Below the pieces are notes generated by a model. The model ran no database searches, was not told the origin of the DNA, and saw only the letters and a program-made list of their open reading frames with translations. Positions 38,031 to 46,934 of a stretch of 64,000 nt of DNA are shown here, one piece after another (the first letter of the stretch is position 1; each line of letters starts with the position of its first letter). The translations under genes were made by a program, and so were the position numbers. The stretch is from Candidatus Omnitrophota bacterium (GTDB taxonomy: Bacteria > Omnitrophota > Gorgyraeia > Gygaellales > Profunditerraquicolaceae): positions 42,409 through 106,408 of the forward strand of contig JAQUMX010000001.1 in NCBI GenBank assembly GCA_028717885.1, written 5' to 3'.

Positions 38031-39096
38031 TGCAAGCTCCTTCTCGAGAAACCATACAAGGCCCGACCGGCTGCTCCGGCCGACAGGCGTTTTTGAATAA
38101 CGGGCAATCTAACGGAGAAGCTAATCCTCTTAAGATATCGCTGCATTTACACTTCGTAAGGCGTAAAGCGTTTGGCGTAATGCGCCTGATCTTAAAAATT
38201 TTTTGCGCGTCAAAGTCCGTAAATTCTTTAGCCAAATTTAACCCGCTATCGGGGATTCTTCCCAATGAACGCCAAATGCTGTCGCTTTGCACAAAGGCTT
38301 TACGCATGATTTTCTGCGCTTGAATGTTCCCCTGGGCGGTCACCACACGCCGGTATTGATTTTCTACCCGGGGTTTATTTTCAACTATTTGGCGTAACAA
38401 TAGATACAATCCTTCTAAAATATCCAAAGGCTCAAAACCGGCAATACAGCAGGCGGCCTTAAATTTTTTTGGGATGAAGGCATATGGCCTTGTGCCGATA
38501 ATCGCACTTACATGCCCCGGGCAAAGAAAACCATTAAGTTTAAGCCTTTTATCCTTAAGCAGATATTCCATAGCAGGAGGAATAAGCTTTAAGGAGGAAA
38601 GGAAAAAAAGGTTCTTTATTTTTTCTTTTCGCGCCTGCAAAATCGTAGCGGCAATTGTCGGAGCAGTAGTTTCAAAGCCTACTGCCAAAAAAATTATCCT
38701 TTTCCCGGGGTTCTTTTTTGCCAGGTTGATAGTTTCCAGTGGCGAATAAACTATTTCTACCCGGGCAGAATTTGCCCGTTCCTGCTCCAGGCTGGATTTA
38801 CTTCCGGGGATACGCAACATATCGCCGAAAGTAGCAATAATAGCTTGTTTTTCCCTGGCCAGAAAAATCGCATTATCAATGTATTCTACCGGGCTAACGC
38901 AGACCGGGCATCCCGGCCCGGAAATAAGCCTTAGGCCTTTCGGCAGCAATTTATCCAAACCGAACCTGCAGAAGTTCTGAGTATGCGTACCGCAGACCTC
39001 CATAAGATTTATTCGGCCTGCGGGCATAATCCGCCGGATTTGGGCTGCTATTCTCTTTGCCAATCTTAAATTACGGAATTCATCAACGTATTTCAT
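38008..39096 (-). CDS. hypD: Hydrogenase maturation factor HypD homologue
   Basis: MKYVDEFR...MEVCGTHT (CGxH) and GPGCPVC motifs; 362 aa. Confidence 0.85.
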   Translation of the reverse strand: MKYVDEFRNLRLAKRIAAQIRRIMPAGRINLMEVCGTHTQNFCRFGLDKLLPKGLRLISGPGCPVCVSPVEYIDNAIFLAREKQAIIATFGDMLRIPGSKSSLEQERANSARVEIVYSPLETINLAKKNPGKRIIFLAVGFETTAPTIAATILQARKEKIKNLFFLSSLKLIPPAMEYLLKDKRLKLNGFLCPGHVSAIIGTRPYAFIPKKFKAACCIAGFEPLDILEGLYLLLRQIVENKPRVENQYRRVVTAQGNIQAQKIMRKAFVQSDSIWRSLGRIPDSGLNLAKEFTDFDAQKIFKIRRITPNALRLTKCKCSDILRGLASPLDCPLFKNACRPEQPVGPCMVSREGACNAYYRYR

Positions 39097-39292
39097 CTAT
39101 CAGCCTTAAAGTCTCTTTCGCTTTTTGCGGATCAATTTTCTGGATCGCAAAACCTGCGTGTACCAAACAATAGTCGCCTACTTTTGCCTGAGGGAGCATA
39201 GAAATATTTATTCTACGGGTAAGCCTTCCGGTCTCTACCTCGGCAAATTCGCCCTTAATCTGTTTTATTTTCATGGGGATAGCCAAACACAT
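39083..39292 (-). CDS. hypC: HypC/HupF-family chaperone
   Basis: 69 aa beginning MCLAIP, the diagnostic N-terminal Cys2. Confidence 0.8.
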   Translation of the reverse strand: MCLAIPMKIKQIKGEFAEVETGRLTRRINISMLPQAKVGDYCLVHAGFAIQKIDPQKAKETLRLIDEIR

Positions 39293-39293
39293 C

Positions 39294-40385
39294 TTATTCC
39301 CTCGAATGGGCAGCTACTGCCACCTGGCCTAAGGATATGGAAACGTCGCTGCTCGATAAGCTCTGGTGGGTTATTGCTTTGAACTTAAGCTTACATAATA
39401 ACTCCAAAGTTAAGCCAAGTAAAAGCTTATTTTGAAAAACACCCCCGGAGAGGGCTACCTGATCAATCTCGCTTTCTTTGCGTAATTTTAGGCAGGTTTT
39501 TGCGATCATTTGCGCTATTGTGCAGTGAAACCGGAAGGCAATTTCATCTTTTGGTTTACGCTTCTCTAAATCTTCCAGGATTTGCCTGAAAATAGCTGTG
39601 GGGTCAATGATATATTGCCCTTGTTTTTTTTGAATCGTAAATTTATACTCTGCTGCCTTACCGGCATAGCAAGAAGCGGCCCTTTCTAGTTCAATCGGCA
39701 ATTCTGCTTCTTCTGCGACCTGATATTTTTTTAAAATCAGGCATCCTGCCGCATCAAAAAGCCTGCCCATGCTGCTTGCTGAGGGCGTATTTAGCCTTTG
39801 CTGCATGAGTTTTCTTAAGATACGGCATTGTTTTTGGTACTGTGCAGGCAAAACTGCGCAATTATCCCAAGCACAGACTAACCTCCAGGGCTCTAAAACA
39901 GCTTTTTCTCCCCCTAATAGCGGGATCTCTTTCAAATGCGCCTTTCTCTGATAATTCCCGTAATTACAAATCAGGAATTCCGAGCCCCAGATCGAATTAT
40001 CGCTGCCTAACCCCGTACCATCAAAAGCTACCCCGATAATTTTACGGTTAGTTAAGCCATTTTCCGCCATACAAGCGGCAATATGTGCGTGATGGTGCTG
40101 CACCGCAAAAAAACTATAACTCCCGCGGCCCAGGCTTAAGGCGAATTTACTGGATTGATAATCCGGATGCAAATCATAAGCAATAATTTTTGGTTTCTGG
40201 CGCAAAAAATACCTTGCCTCTTTTTCAAAAACTGTCAAATCATCCGGGTCGCTTAAATCATTGTGCGCTGTAGCAAGAAAAGCGGCCCTGCCCCGGGCAA
40301 AACAAAGGGTATTTTTAGTTTGCGCCCCAAAACCAAGCACTGCTTTATCCGCTGCAAATGGCAGAGGTATTTTTTTTAGTTTCAT
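39294..40385 (-). CDS. HypF-like carbamoyltransferase comprising only the C-terminal Kae1/ASKHA domain (no acylphosphatase, Zn-finger or YrdC domains)
   Basis: 363 aa. VLGFGAQTKNTLCFARG... and the HypF metal-site motif VQHHHAHIAACMAE. The start overlaps the upstream gene's stop, leaving no room for the N-terminal domains. Confidence 0.7.
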   Translation of the reverse strand: MKLKKIPLPFAADKAVLGFGAQTKNTLCFARGRAAFLATAHNDLSDPDDLTVFEKEARYFLRQKPKIIAYDLHPDYQSSKFALSLGRGSYSFFAVQHHHAHIAACMAENGLTNRKIIGVAFDGTGLGSDNSIWGSEFLICNYGNYQRKAHLKEIPLLGGEKAVLEPWRLVCAWDNCAVLPAQYQKQCRILRKLMQQRLNTPSASSMGRLFDAAGCLILKKYQVAEEAELPIELERAASCYAGKAAEYKFTIQKKQGQYIIDPTAIFRQILEDLEKRKPKDEIAFRFHCTIAQMIAKTCLKLRKESEIDQVALSGGVFQNKLLLGLTLELLCKLKFKAITHQSLSSSDVSISLGQVAVAAHSRE

Positions 40386-41137
40386 TTTCGTAATAAAAGC
40401 TGGTATCTGTTCAGAAACCTTCTGCTTACCCGGCCGGCTTTGCCTCCGGAAATTGATTTCGCCCCCAAACGCGTCAAAGGCATAACCCCCATCAGAGAAT
40501 TAGTCAAAAACGCTTCATTGCAAGCTGCTAAATCTTCCAGGGTAAAATTACCTTCGTATATATTTAGCCCGTCTTTCTTGGCAAAATCAAAAATTAATCT
40601 ACGGATTACTCCGGGCAGGCAACCGTTAGCTAAGGCAGGCGTAAAAAGCTCACCACTTAAGCGAAAGAAAATATTGCTCCTCGCACCTTCGCAGATATTG
40701 CCGCGCTGATTCAGGATAATCGCCTCATCAAAGCCTTTCTTCCTTGCTTCCTGCAAACTTAAATTATAAAGTGCACGATTGGTGGACTTGATGCGCGCAG
40801 ACAAACAACGTTCATCCTGGCGTAAAGATGAAGTTATCGCGGAAAAGCCTTTTTGGTATCTTTGCGCTGAAAATGGCTGATACGCTGTTGCAGAAACAAA
40901 AATCTCTGCTCCGGAAGGGGCTGCCTCGAGGACTACTCGCACCCGGGCATCGTTTAAACAGTTTAGCTTAACTGTGGCATAAATTTCATTCTCTAACTGC
41001 CTGCGGCTGACAGGCAGTTTTAAATTGATTAACTTAGCCGATAGCCTCAAGCGTTCCAGGTGCCAATCTAAATGCACAATTTTCCCCCGCAAGCAACGCA
41101 TAGTTTCGAATAGCCCGCTAATCTTCTTAATCTCCAT
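40382..41137 (-). CDS. Class IV (fold-type IV) PLP enzyme, aminodeoxychorismate lyase-like
   Basis: 251 aa; size, colinearity and position directly after pabB. Confidence 0.55.
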   Translation of the reverse strand: MEIKKISGLFETMRCLRGKIVHLDWHLERLRLSAKLINLKLPVSRRQLENEIYATVKLNCLNDARVRVVLEAAPSGAEIFVSATAYQPFSAQRYQKGFSAITSSLRQDERCLSARIKSTNRALYNLSLQEARKKGFDEAIILNQRGNICEGARSNIFFRLSGELFTPALANGCLPGVIRRLIFDFAKKDGLNIYEGNFTLEDLAACNEAFLTNSLMGVMPLTRLGAKSISGGKAGRVSRRFLNRYQLLLRK

Positions 41138-42434
41138 AAATCGCCTCTAATATGCCTTTAGCCTTCACCAGGGTTTCTTGATACCCCTCTAAAGGCTTAG
41201 AATCCGCAACGATGCCTCCGCCGGCCCAGAAATAAAGATTATTTCCTCTTTTTAAAATTGTCCTGATCAGAATATTAAAATCCATCCTGCCGCAAAAACT
41301 CAAATAGCCTAAGACGCCCGTATAAGCCAAGCGCTTATTAGGCTCCAGTTCTTTGATTATCTCCATGGCGCGGATTTTCGGGCATCCGGTGATAGAGCCG
41401 CCAGGAAAACAAGCGCGTAAAAGATCGAACCTGTCGCAATCGCGAAAAAGCCTGCCTTCAATAGTAGCGGTAGTCTGGTAGACCGTACGGTAAGCTTCTA
41501 ACTGCCTTAATTTACTTACCTTGATCGAATTATAATCGCATACCCTTCCTAAGTCATTTCTTTCCAAATCCACGATCATAGTCAATTCTGCTTTATCCTT
41601 AGCGCTCTTTAAAAGTTCCAGCTTCAAGGCTCTATCTTTTTTGGCGTCTAAATGGCGCGGCCGCGTGCCTTTCATGGGAACCGTACTTACTTTCCCCTGG
41701 GACAATTTCAGGAAGCGCTCCGGAGAAGAACTTAAAATCTGATGGTCCCCGGCATCGAAATACGCGGCAAAAGGCGCAGGGCTTGATTTTCTTAAACGTA
41801 AATAAATTTCTGCTGCCGATAGGTTTGTCCGGGCAAAGAAACGCTGGGAAAGGTTAACCTGATAAATGTCCCCTTGCCGGATATATTCTTTCGCCTTTTT
41901 TACCGCAGCCAGGTAATCGGCCTTCCTGAAATTAGATTCCAATTGGCTAGCTTGAGGCGCTTGTTTTTTATTCTCTCGCGTAACATTTGTTGCAAAGATT
42001 ATTTTTTCCGCTTTATCTAAATTCGATTCTGCCAAAATTTTGGCTAAAGAAGCGTTCTTTTCCGGAAAACCCGTACAGCAAATTAAAATCCTGCGCGTAA
42101 AATTATCTAAGGCAATTACCGTATTATAAAAATTAAAAATGCCTCCCGAATCATACCCCATATAGCCCACTGCGCCACCGATAAAAGGCGGAGCTCCGGG
42201 ATGCGCCTCTAATGAATATTCCCGGCTTGCTTTAGCCAATTCCCGGAAAGGGTCATGGCTTCTTTTTAATCTTATCTTAAGGAACGGCTCAAATCCCAGG
42301 AAAGAATACCTTGCGCTCTCGCGATTGGCCAACCCGGAATCCAAAAAAAACAAATCAGGATAACCGCAGAGCCGCTTAAAAATAGCTGCAGGGTCGAATT
42401 TTGGCTTATACGATTTCCAAATGAAGTATGCCAT
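41127..42434 (-). CDS. pabB: Chorismate-binding enzyme, aminodeoxychorismate synthase component I-like
   Basis: 435 aa; C-terminal FPGGSITGCPK chorismate-binding signature. Confidence 0.75.
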   Translation of the reverse strand: MAYFIWKSYKPKFDPAAIFKRLCGYPDLFFLDSGLANRESARYSFLGFEPFLKIRLKRSHDPFRELAKASREYSLEAHPGAPPFIGGAVGYMGYDSGGIFNFYNTVIALDNFTRRILICCTGFPEKNASLAKILAESNLDKAEKIIFATNVTRENKKQAPQASQLESNFRKADYLAAVKKAKEYIRQGDIYQVNLSQRFFARTNLSAAEIYLRLRKSSPAPFAAYFDAGDHQILSSSPERFLKLSQGKVSTVPMKGTRPRHLDAKKDRALKLELLKSAKDKAELTMIVDLERNDLGRVCDYNSIKVSKLRQLEAYRTVYQTTATIEGRLFRDCDRFDLLRACFPGGSITGCPKIRAMEIIKELEPNKRLAYTGVLGYLSFCGRMDFNILIRTILKRGNNLYFWAGGGIVADSKPLEGYQETLVKAKGILEAIYGD

Positions 42435-43227
42435 CTATTCTGAAAGAACGTTCCTCATTGCGTAAAGAACAGTAACCGATAACATAGCTGACTCCTCTTT
42501 CCTGCTTGATTTCCCTAGGAGTTACCTGCCTTTCCGTAACCTGGGCATTTACCGAAGAAAGGTATTTAATCTTTAATTTCATTTCCCGGGCAATTGCTTC
42601 CTCGATTTCAGCGATTCTCTGGGCATTTAAGTCCTGCAGGAATTGCGGGTTAAGCGAAAAAAGGCGGGAAAAATTCCTAAAATCGCTTACCCCCTGGGAA
42701 ATCAACTTTTCTTTTAAGTGTTTAAAAACCAACCAGGTAATCTCTACGTCGGAAAGCGCCCGGTGCTGCTGTTGCTGCTTGATTCCTAAATGCTGCACCA
42801 CAAACCAAAGCGCATAGCGCTCTAATTTAGGTAAGAGCCTTCTCGCCATTTTTAAAATATCCAGGACAATGATCTCTTTAGGAAATTCACTTTTAATAAT
42901 CCTGGCTTCATTTTGCATGAATTCCAGGTCAAAAGAGGCATTGTAGGAACAAATACAGCTGCCTGCGATAAATTTCAAGAATTCCGGCATTACCTCTGTA
43001 ATCTTCGGCGCATCCCGAAGCATTTCTTTACTGATTTTATTTACCGCGAAGGCCCCAGGAGAAACTTCTCTTTCCGGATTAACCAAGGAGGAAAAAACAG
43101 CCAGCTTTTCTTCTCCCTTAAACCTGATTGCCGCGATCTCTACCACCCGGTCTCCTGCCCGCGGCTCTAATCCGGTAGTTTCCGTATCAAAAATAGTGAA
43201 TTCTACTTCTTCAATTAGCCTGTCCAT
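42406..43227 (-). CDS. DEDDh 3'-5' exonuclease (DnaQ/epsilon-like) with C-terminal extension
   Basis: Exo I motif FTIFDTETTGL, Exo II and III (HRALSD) motifs; 273 aa. Confidence 0.75.
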   Translation of the reverse strand: MDRLIEEVEFTIFDTETTGLEPRAGDRVVEIAAIRFKGEEKLAVFSSLVNPEREVSPGAFAVNKISKEMLRDAPKITEVMPEFLKFIAGSCICSYNASFDLEFMQNEARIIKSEFPKEIIVLDILKMARRLLPKLERYALWFVVQHLGIKQQQQHRALSDVEITWLVFKHLKEKLISQGVSDFRNFSRLFSLNPQFLQDLNAQRIAEIEEAIAREMKLKIKYLSSVNAQVTERQVTPREIKQERGVSYVIGYCSLRNEERSFRIDGILHLEIV

Positions 43228-44122
43228 TTTTTTTCACGATTAACGCGGGAATCAGCCTGAGCGGCTTGTAAGAAAATTTTACCTGCTCAAGATTTTTTAA
43301 ACCGGAATCATCCATTACATTGATATATTTAAAATTTTTTGCCCGAACGCAGAATTCCTGAAAAATAAATTGCGCTATCCCCTTAAAAGAAAGGTCAGCC
43401 ACTTCATAGAGGACGCAAAATGTTTGCCGGTTTAATTTATAGCCTACGGTAAAAGCACGCACCTTTCCTCTGACTTTCACTACCAACCCTTCACAGCCCA
43501 GTGAATCGAAATTACGCAACAAAACTTTTAAAGCACTAAAGCTATCTTCCAGCATTCCCTGATAAACATGATCGCAATTTAGTTTAGCGCGCTGCTTTGC
43601 CCAGGCGTGATATAAATTAAGGCATTCATTGCGATGAGAATTCTTGAGGCTATCGACTTGAAATTCATTATGCTTTAAAAAGTAGTTTTTGCTGGAACGC
43701 TTAGATTTAAATTTATTCCCTTTTAATTCTGCCAGGTCACTGCGCGCACAAAGGTAATCAGAGGATTTCTTTTCGATAGATAGCCCCAGAGAGCGGTAAA
43801 AATCCAAATCCTTCTCTTCTACGTTTTCGATGCGGGAAATTTCCTTGTTTTTGTTCAATCCATCCAGTGTTTTAAAAATCTCCTGGACCAAACCGGGGGT
43901 TAATTTTTTTGTGAGCGGCCCCAGGTATAAAAATATACCGAAATTGTCCTTAAAAAAAATGCAGAGGCTCTCTTGAACTAAAGCCCAATATATCCGGAAC
44001 AACCCTTTCCAGATATAAATATCGGCAAAAGAATAAACAGCAAGCTCGTGGCTGGATAGTTTTAAAAAACGCTCGACAAGTGACTTATTCCGGAGTGTCA
44101 GCCTATTTAGTTTCATCCTCAA
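43211..44122 (-). CDS. DUF2156-like (MprF C-terminal / aa-tRNA-dependent GNAT-fold transferase-like) protein; assignment tentative
   Basis: 303 aa. Size and bipartite pattern resemble DUF2156. No strong motif could be verified by eye. Confidence 0.3.
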   Translation of the reverse strand: MRMKLNRLTLRNKSLVERFLKLSSHELAVYSFADIYIWKGLFRIYWALVQESLCIFFKDNFGIFLYLGPLTKKLTPGLVQEIFKTLDGLNKNKEISRIENVEEKDLDFYRSLGLSIEKKSSDYLCARSDLAELKGNKFKSKRSSKNYFLKHNEFQVDSLKNSHRNECLNLYHAWAKQRAKLNCDHVYQGMLEDSFSALKVLLRNFDSLGCEGLVVKVRGKVRAFTVGYKLNRQTFCVLYEVADLSFKGIAQFIFQEFCVRAKNFKYINVMDDSGLKNLEQVKFSYKPLRLIPALIVKKNGQAN

Positions 44123-44609
44123 TATTTAATTCAATAATTTCGGAAACTTCTTCGTAAGCAACAAGGAGCTGGGGATTTTCGTGTAAAATCTTTTTTTGCT
44201 CCGGAGAGTCAAGGAAAGCGGCCAGGTATTCGCTGTAATCTTTGAATTCTTTACTCTTTAAATTTTCTTTGACGTAAGGGCAATTCAAATCTACGGTCAA
44301 GAGCACTTTTTTATTGCGTAAATTGATTAAAAACGGATACAGCTGGCATTCAAACGGCCGGCAGGAATAGATACGGCATTGGTTTTGCCTATTTAAAAAC
44401 GGGCAGATAAAACCTTCCCCCTCGGGGTTAGCAACAGGATTGATCCTTTTATTCAAAGAAATCGTGCAGGCAGGCAAATTTTCTTTCTCTAAAAGCGCCT
44501 GTACTTCCTCGTCCAAAAGGCAGGGCGCCCAGACGGAATTCTCCTCCCGAAACCTGCAGCAGCCTTGGCATTTTAAACAAATTTCCTGAGGGACAAATTG
44601 CTCTATCAT
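44103..44609 (-). CDS. YkgJ-family Cys-cluster protein (CxxCxxCC)
   Basis: N-terminal CLKCQGCCRF plus additional Cys (CPFLNRQNQCRIYSCRPFECQLYP). Confidence 0.6.
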   Translation of the reverse strand: MIEQFVPQEICLKCQGCCRFREENSVWAPCLLDEEVQALLEKENLPACTISLNKRINPVANPEGEGFICPFLNRQNQCRIYSCRPFECQLYPFLINLRNKKVLLTVDLNCPYVKENLKSKEFKDYSEYLAAFLDSPEQKKILHENPQLLVAYEEVSEIIELNIEDETK

Positions 44610-44995
44610 TTTACGACGCTTCCTAATTTAACCTCTTTTTGCGGGCTAACTACCACAATCCCGTTTTCATCGGAAGCAGCCAGGATCATCCCCTGGCTTT
44701 CCACTCCCCGTAAGATCGCCGGCTCTAAATTATCTACGACTACCACTAATTTCCCGACTAAGTCTTCTTTTTGATAATAGGCCCTGATGCCTGCCACAAC
44801 CTGTTTCTGCCTATCGCCTAAGTCCAAAGTCAAAAGATAAAGCTTATCCGCATTCGGATGATCCAGGACTTCCTTGATTTTGGCGACCCTTAATTCCAAT
44901 TTTCGAAAATCTTCGATTGTAATCATTAAAGTCCTCCCTATTTTTCTTTTTTTAACTAAAGCTGAACGGAATTTATTTATGCGGGGAGCCGTCAA
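44606..44995 (-). CDS. tRNA-binding-domain protein (Trbp111/CsaA/EMAP-II-like OB fold)
   Basis: 129 aa with LELRVAKIKEVLDHPNADKLYLLTLDLGD...QVVAG, the hallmark of the standalone tRNA-binding domain. Confidence 0.7.
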   Translation of the reverse strand: MTAPRINKFRSALVKKRKIGRTLMITIEDFRKLELRVAKIKEVLDHPNADKLYLLTLDLGDRQKQVVAGIRAYYQKEDLVGKLVVVVDNLEPAILRGVESQGMILAASDENGIVVVSPQKEVKLGSVVK

Positions 44996-46121
44996 TCATT
45001 TCTGCGCGGGCATGAGCAACCTCGCAGAAATATTCTACCGGGGTATCCATCTTCCCAGTTTCTAAATGCGCATGGGCAGGGCACCAGATACAAAGATTAA
45101 CCAATGAACACTTGCGGCACTTATCCAAAAATGCTTTATTATCCGAACGCAGGTCCCTGACCTGCAGCACGAATTTTTCCCAAATCTGGCTTAAATCTCC
45201 TGTTTTTAAATCGCAGATGCACTGCGGATGCCATAATGAAGAACAAAGGCGGAAGTACCCTTCGTAACTGACCGTGAAACTACCGTTACCGGTTCCACAA
45301 TGAAAAAGATGATTGCAATTAAAATGCTCGAATTCCGGGTTGATCAATTCATTGCAGCCCTTCCTTAAAGCCCCGTAGCGTTCATCGTCCGCTTTTTCTA
45401 TCGCTACGATTTCTTTCGGAGAAAGCCGTTCGGATTTAATCTCTTCGTTGCGCTTTGGATTTGCATCGAAGCGCAAATGCAAAAACGGATCGAAGCGAAA
45501 ATAATCTTTCGTCCTCTCCCGGCAAAATTCGGAAATTAAAGGCAGCTCATGCACATTGGAGCGGATTGCCATTGCCTTATAGCGCACCTTAATCCCGTTA
45601 TCTAGGAGCATCTTCAAGCCCCGCATAAAAGCCTTAAAAGAGCCCTTTTTATTGCTTACCTTTTCATATGTTGCTTCGGTAACGCCGTATACCGTTACTT
45701 CGATATCCCGGGGAGGGTATTTTTTAAAAAGATCGATGTGTTTCTGCGTAATCAGCGTGGCATTGGTAAAAACCGAAATAAACAACCCCTTCTTCTTAAG
45801 GTACATATAGATTTCAAAAAAATCTTCCCGCAAAAGCGGTTCTCCTCCGGTAAGCAAACACCAGAGTGCGCCCAAGGAAACTGCCTGGTCGACGATTGCC
45901 TTGATCTGCTCTAAAGGGATTTCTTTTTTCTTCGCCTCTAAATCGTTTTGAGGCAGGTTAATGTAGCAGTGCCGGCAATCGTTGTTGCAGCGGGCGGTCA
46001 GTTCCAAATCAAATGAAATGACATTGCGCTGGTTGCGCATTTTTTCCCAGACCGGGAATTCAGGCAATGACATGCTGGAAACAAACATTTCGTTGTTTTG
46101 CGGTTTTTCTTCTTCCATCAT
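44973..46121 (-). CDS. Radical SAM / SPASM-domain peptide-modifying enzyme
   Basis: CNNDCRHC cluster motif near the N-terminus; C-terminal Cys-rich SPASM region (CGTGNGSF...C...CRKCSLVNLCIWCPAH). Confidence 0.8.
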   Translation of the reverse strand: MMEEEKPQNNEMFVSSMSLPEFPVWEKMRNQRNVISFDLELTARCNNDCRHCYINLPQNDLEAKKKEIPLEQIKAIVDQAVSLGALWCLLTGGEPLLREDFFEIYMYLKKKGLFISVFTNATLITQKHIDLFKKYPPRDIEVTVYGVTEATYEKVSNKKGSFKAFMRGLKMLLDNGIKVRYKAMAIRSNVHELPLISEFCRERTKDYFRFDPFLHLRFDANPKRNEEIKSERLSPKEIVAIEKADDERYGALRKGCNELINPEFEHFNCNHLFHCGTGNGSFTVSYEGYFRLCSSLWHPQCICDLKTGDLSQIWEKFVLQVRDLRSDNKAFLDKCRKCSLVNLCIWCPAHAHLETGKMDTPVEYFCEVAHARAEMIDGSPHK

Positions 46122-46633
46122 AGTATAGGTTTAAGGACCTTTCTGATTTTAATGGGGATCCTTCTCCAGCACCAGACCAAAGTAGGAAGGATTCTTTCCC
46201 GGCTTAAAAAAACAATCAAGGTCTGTTCTTTACCTAGCCCTAAGCGCACGGCTTTGCCGTTACGCTCGATTTTCGAAACAAACCCCAGCATATTTTTTTT
46301 AGGGATAAAACCATCAGGATAAAAAAGGCTGTCCCCCTTAATCAGGTAATGTTCCGGAAAATCTTTGATCACCCTGTGGATAATCAACTTTTCCGCGCAA
46401 GGATGAATAAAAGCAACTGCTTTTCCAAAAACCGATTTTGCGCTGGACAAGGGTGAAATCGTCACAATATCCCCGTCACGGATAAAAGGCGACATGCTAA
46501 AACCTTTTACCTGAAAACGGAAAAACGCCCTTTTTTCCAATGTTGCCAGCATCAACTCAGATAGCGCCTTGCCGGAAAGAAATAACTCTTCATCGCTGAC
46601 AACACAAAATTCTGACCTATTTTCCAATTTCAA
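46118..46633 (-). CDS. S24/S26-family serine peptidase (LexA/signal-peptidase-like), possible leader peptidase
   Basis: KGFSMSPFIRDGDIVTISP matches the S24/S26 catalytic Ser region. Lys-containing downstream segment. 171 aa. Confidence 0.5.
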   Translation of the reverse strand: MKLENRSEFCVVSDEELFLSGKALSELMLATLEKRAFFRFQVKGFSMSPFIRDGDIVTISPLSSAKSVFGKAVAFIHPCAEKLIIHRVIKDFPEHYLIKGDSLFYPDGFIPKKNMLGFVSKIERNGKAVRLGLGKEQTLIVFLSRERILPTLVWCWRRIPIKIRKVLKPIL

Positions 46634-46925
46634 CGAGCATATTCCTTTTCATTAACTCCTGGGTAAACCCAAGAATATCCTGTTCTATGTCGCTTGTACC
46701 GCTTTCAAAATCGCTGCTTAAATCTTTGGCAATTACTTTTAATGTTTTTTTACCATCCATCCTGTCCCAGATCGCCCTCCCGGTTTCATTCAGGGTAAAT
46801 ATTTCATCCTCCAGGTCGCCGATTCCGCTGGTGATAGGGATAATGATAAATTCTCCTTGTACCTGCCGCGCTACCACATCTTCACTGGGTTTATAAACTT
46901 TTTCGATGCTCACCTTTTTCTCCAT
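46617..46925 (-). CDS. PqqD-family protein (RiPP recognition element)
   Basis: 102 aa with the PqqD pattern (...FTLNETGRAIWDRMDGKKTLKVIAKDLSSDFE...DILGFTQELMKRNMLV). Confidence 0.7.
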   Translation of the reverse strand: MEKKVSIEKVYKPSEDVVARQVQGEFIIIPITSGIGDLEDEIFTLNETGRAIWDRMDGKKTLKVIAKDLSSDFESGTSDIEQDILGFTQELMKRNMLVEIGK

Positions 46926-46934
46926 ACCACCCTC

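Noticed and set aside
40382-42434. pabB/pabC as part of the peptide or hyp system
   Set aside because: Together with folC and purH in the same window these look like ordinary folate/purine housekeeping genes that happen to be co-directional. No specific link can be supported.
44874-45065. 63-aa plus-strand ORF as alternative precursor peptide
   Set aside because: Antisense to the overlap of the tRNA-binding and radical SAM genes, has no RBS and is not Cys-rich.
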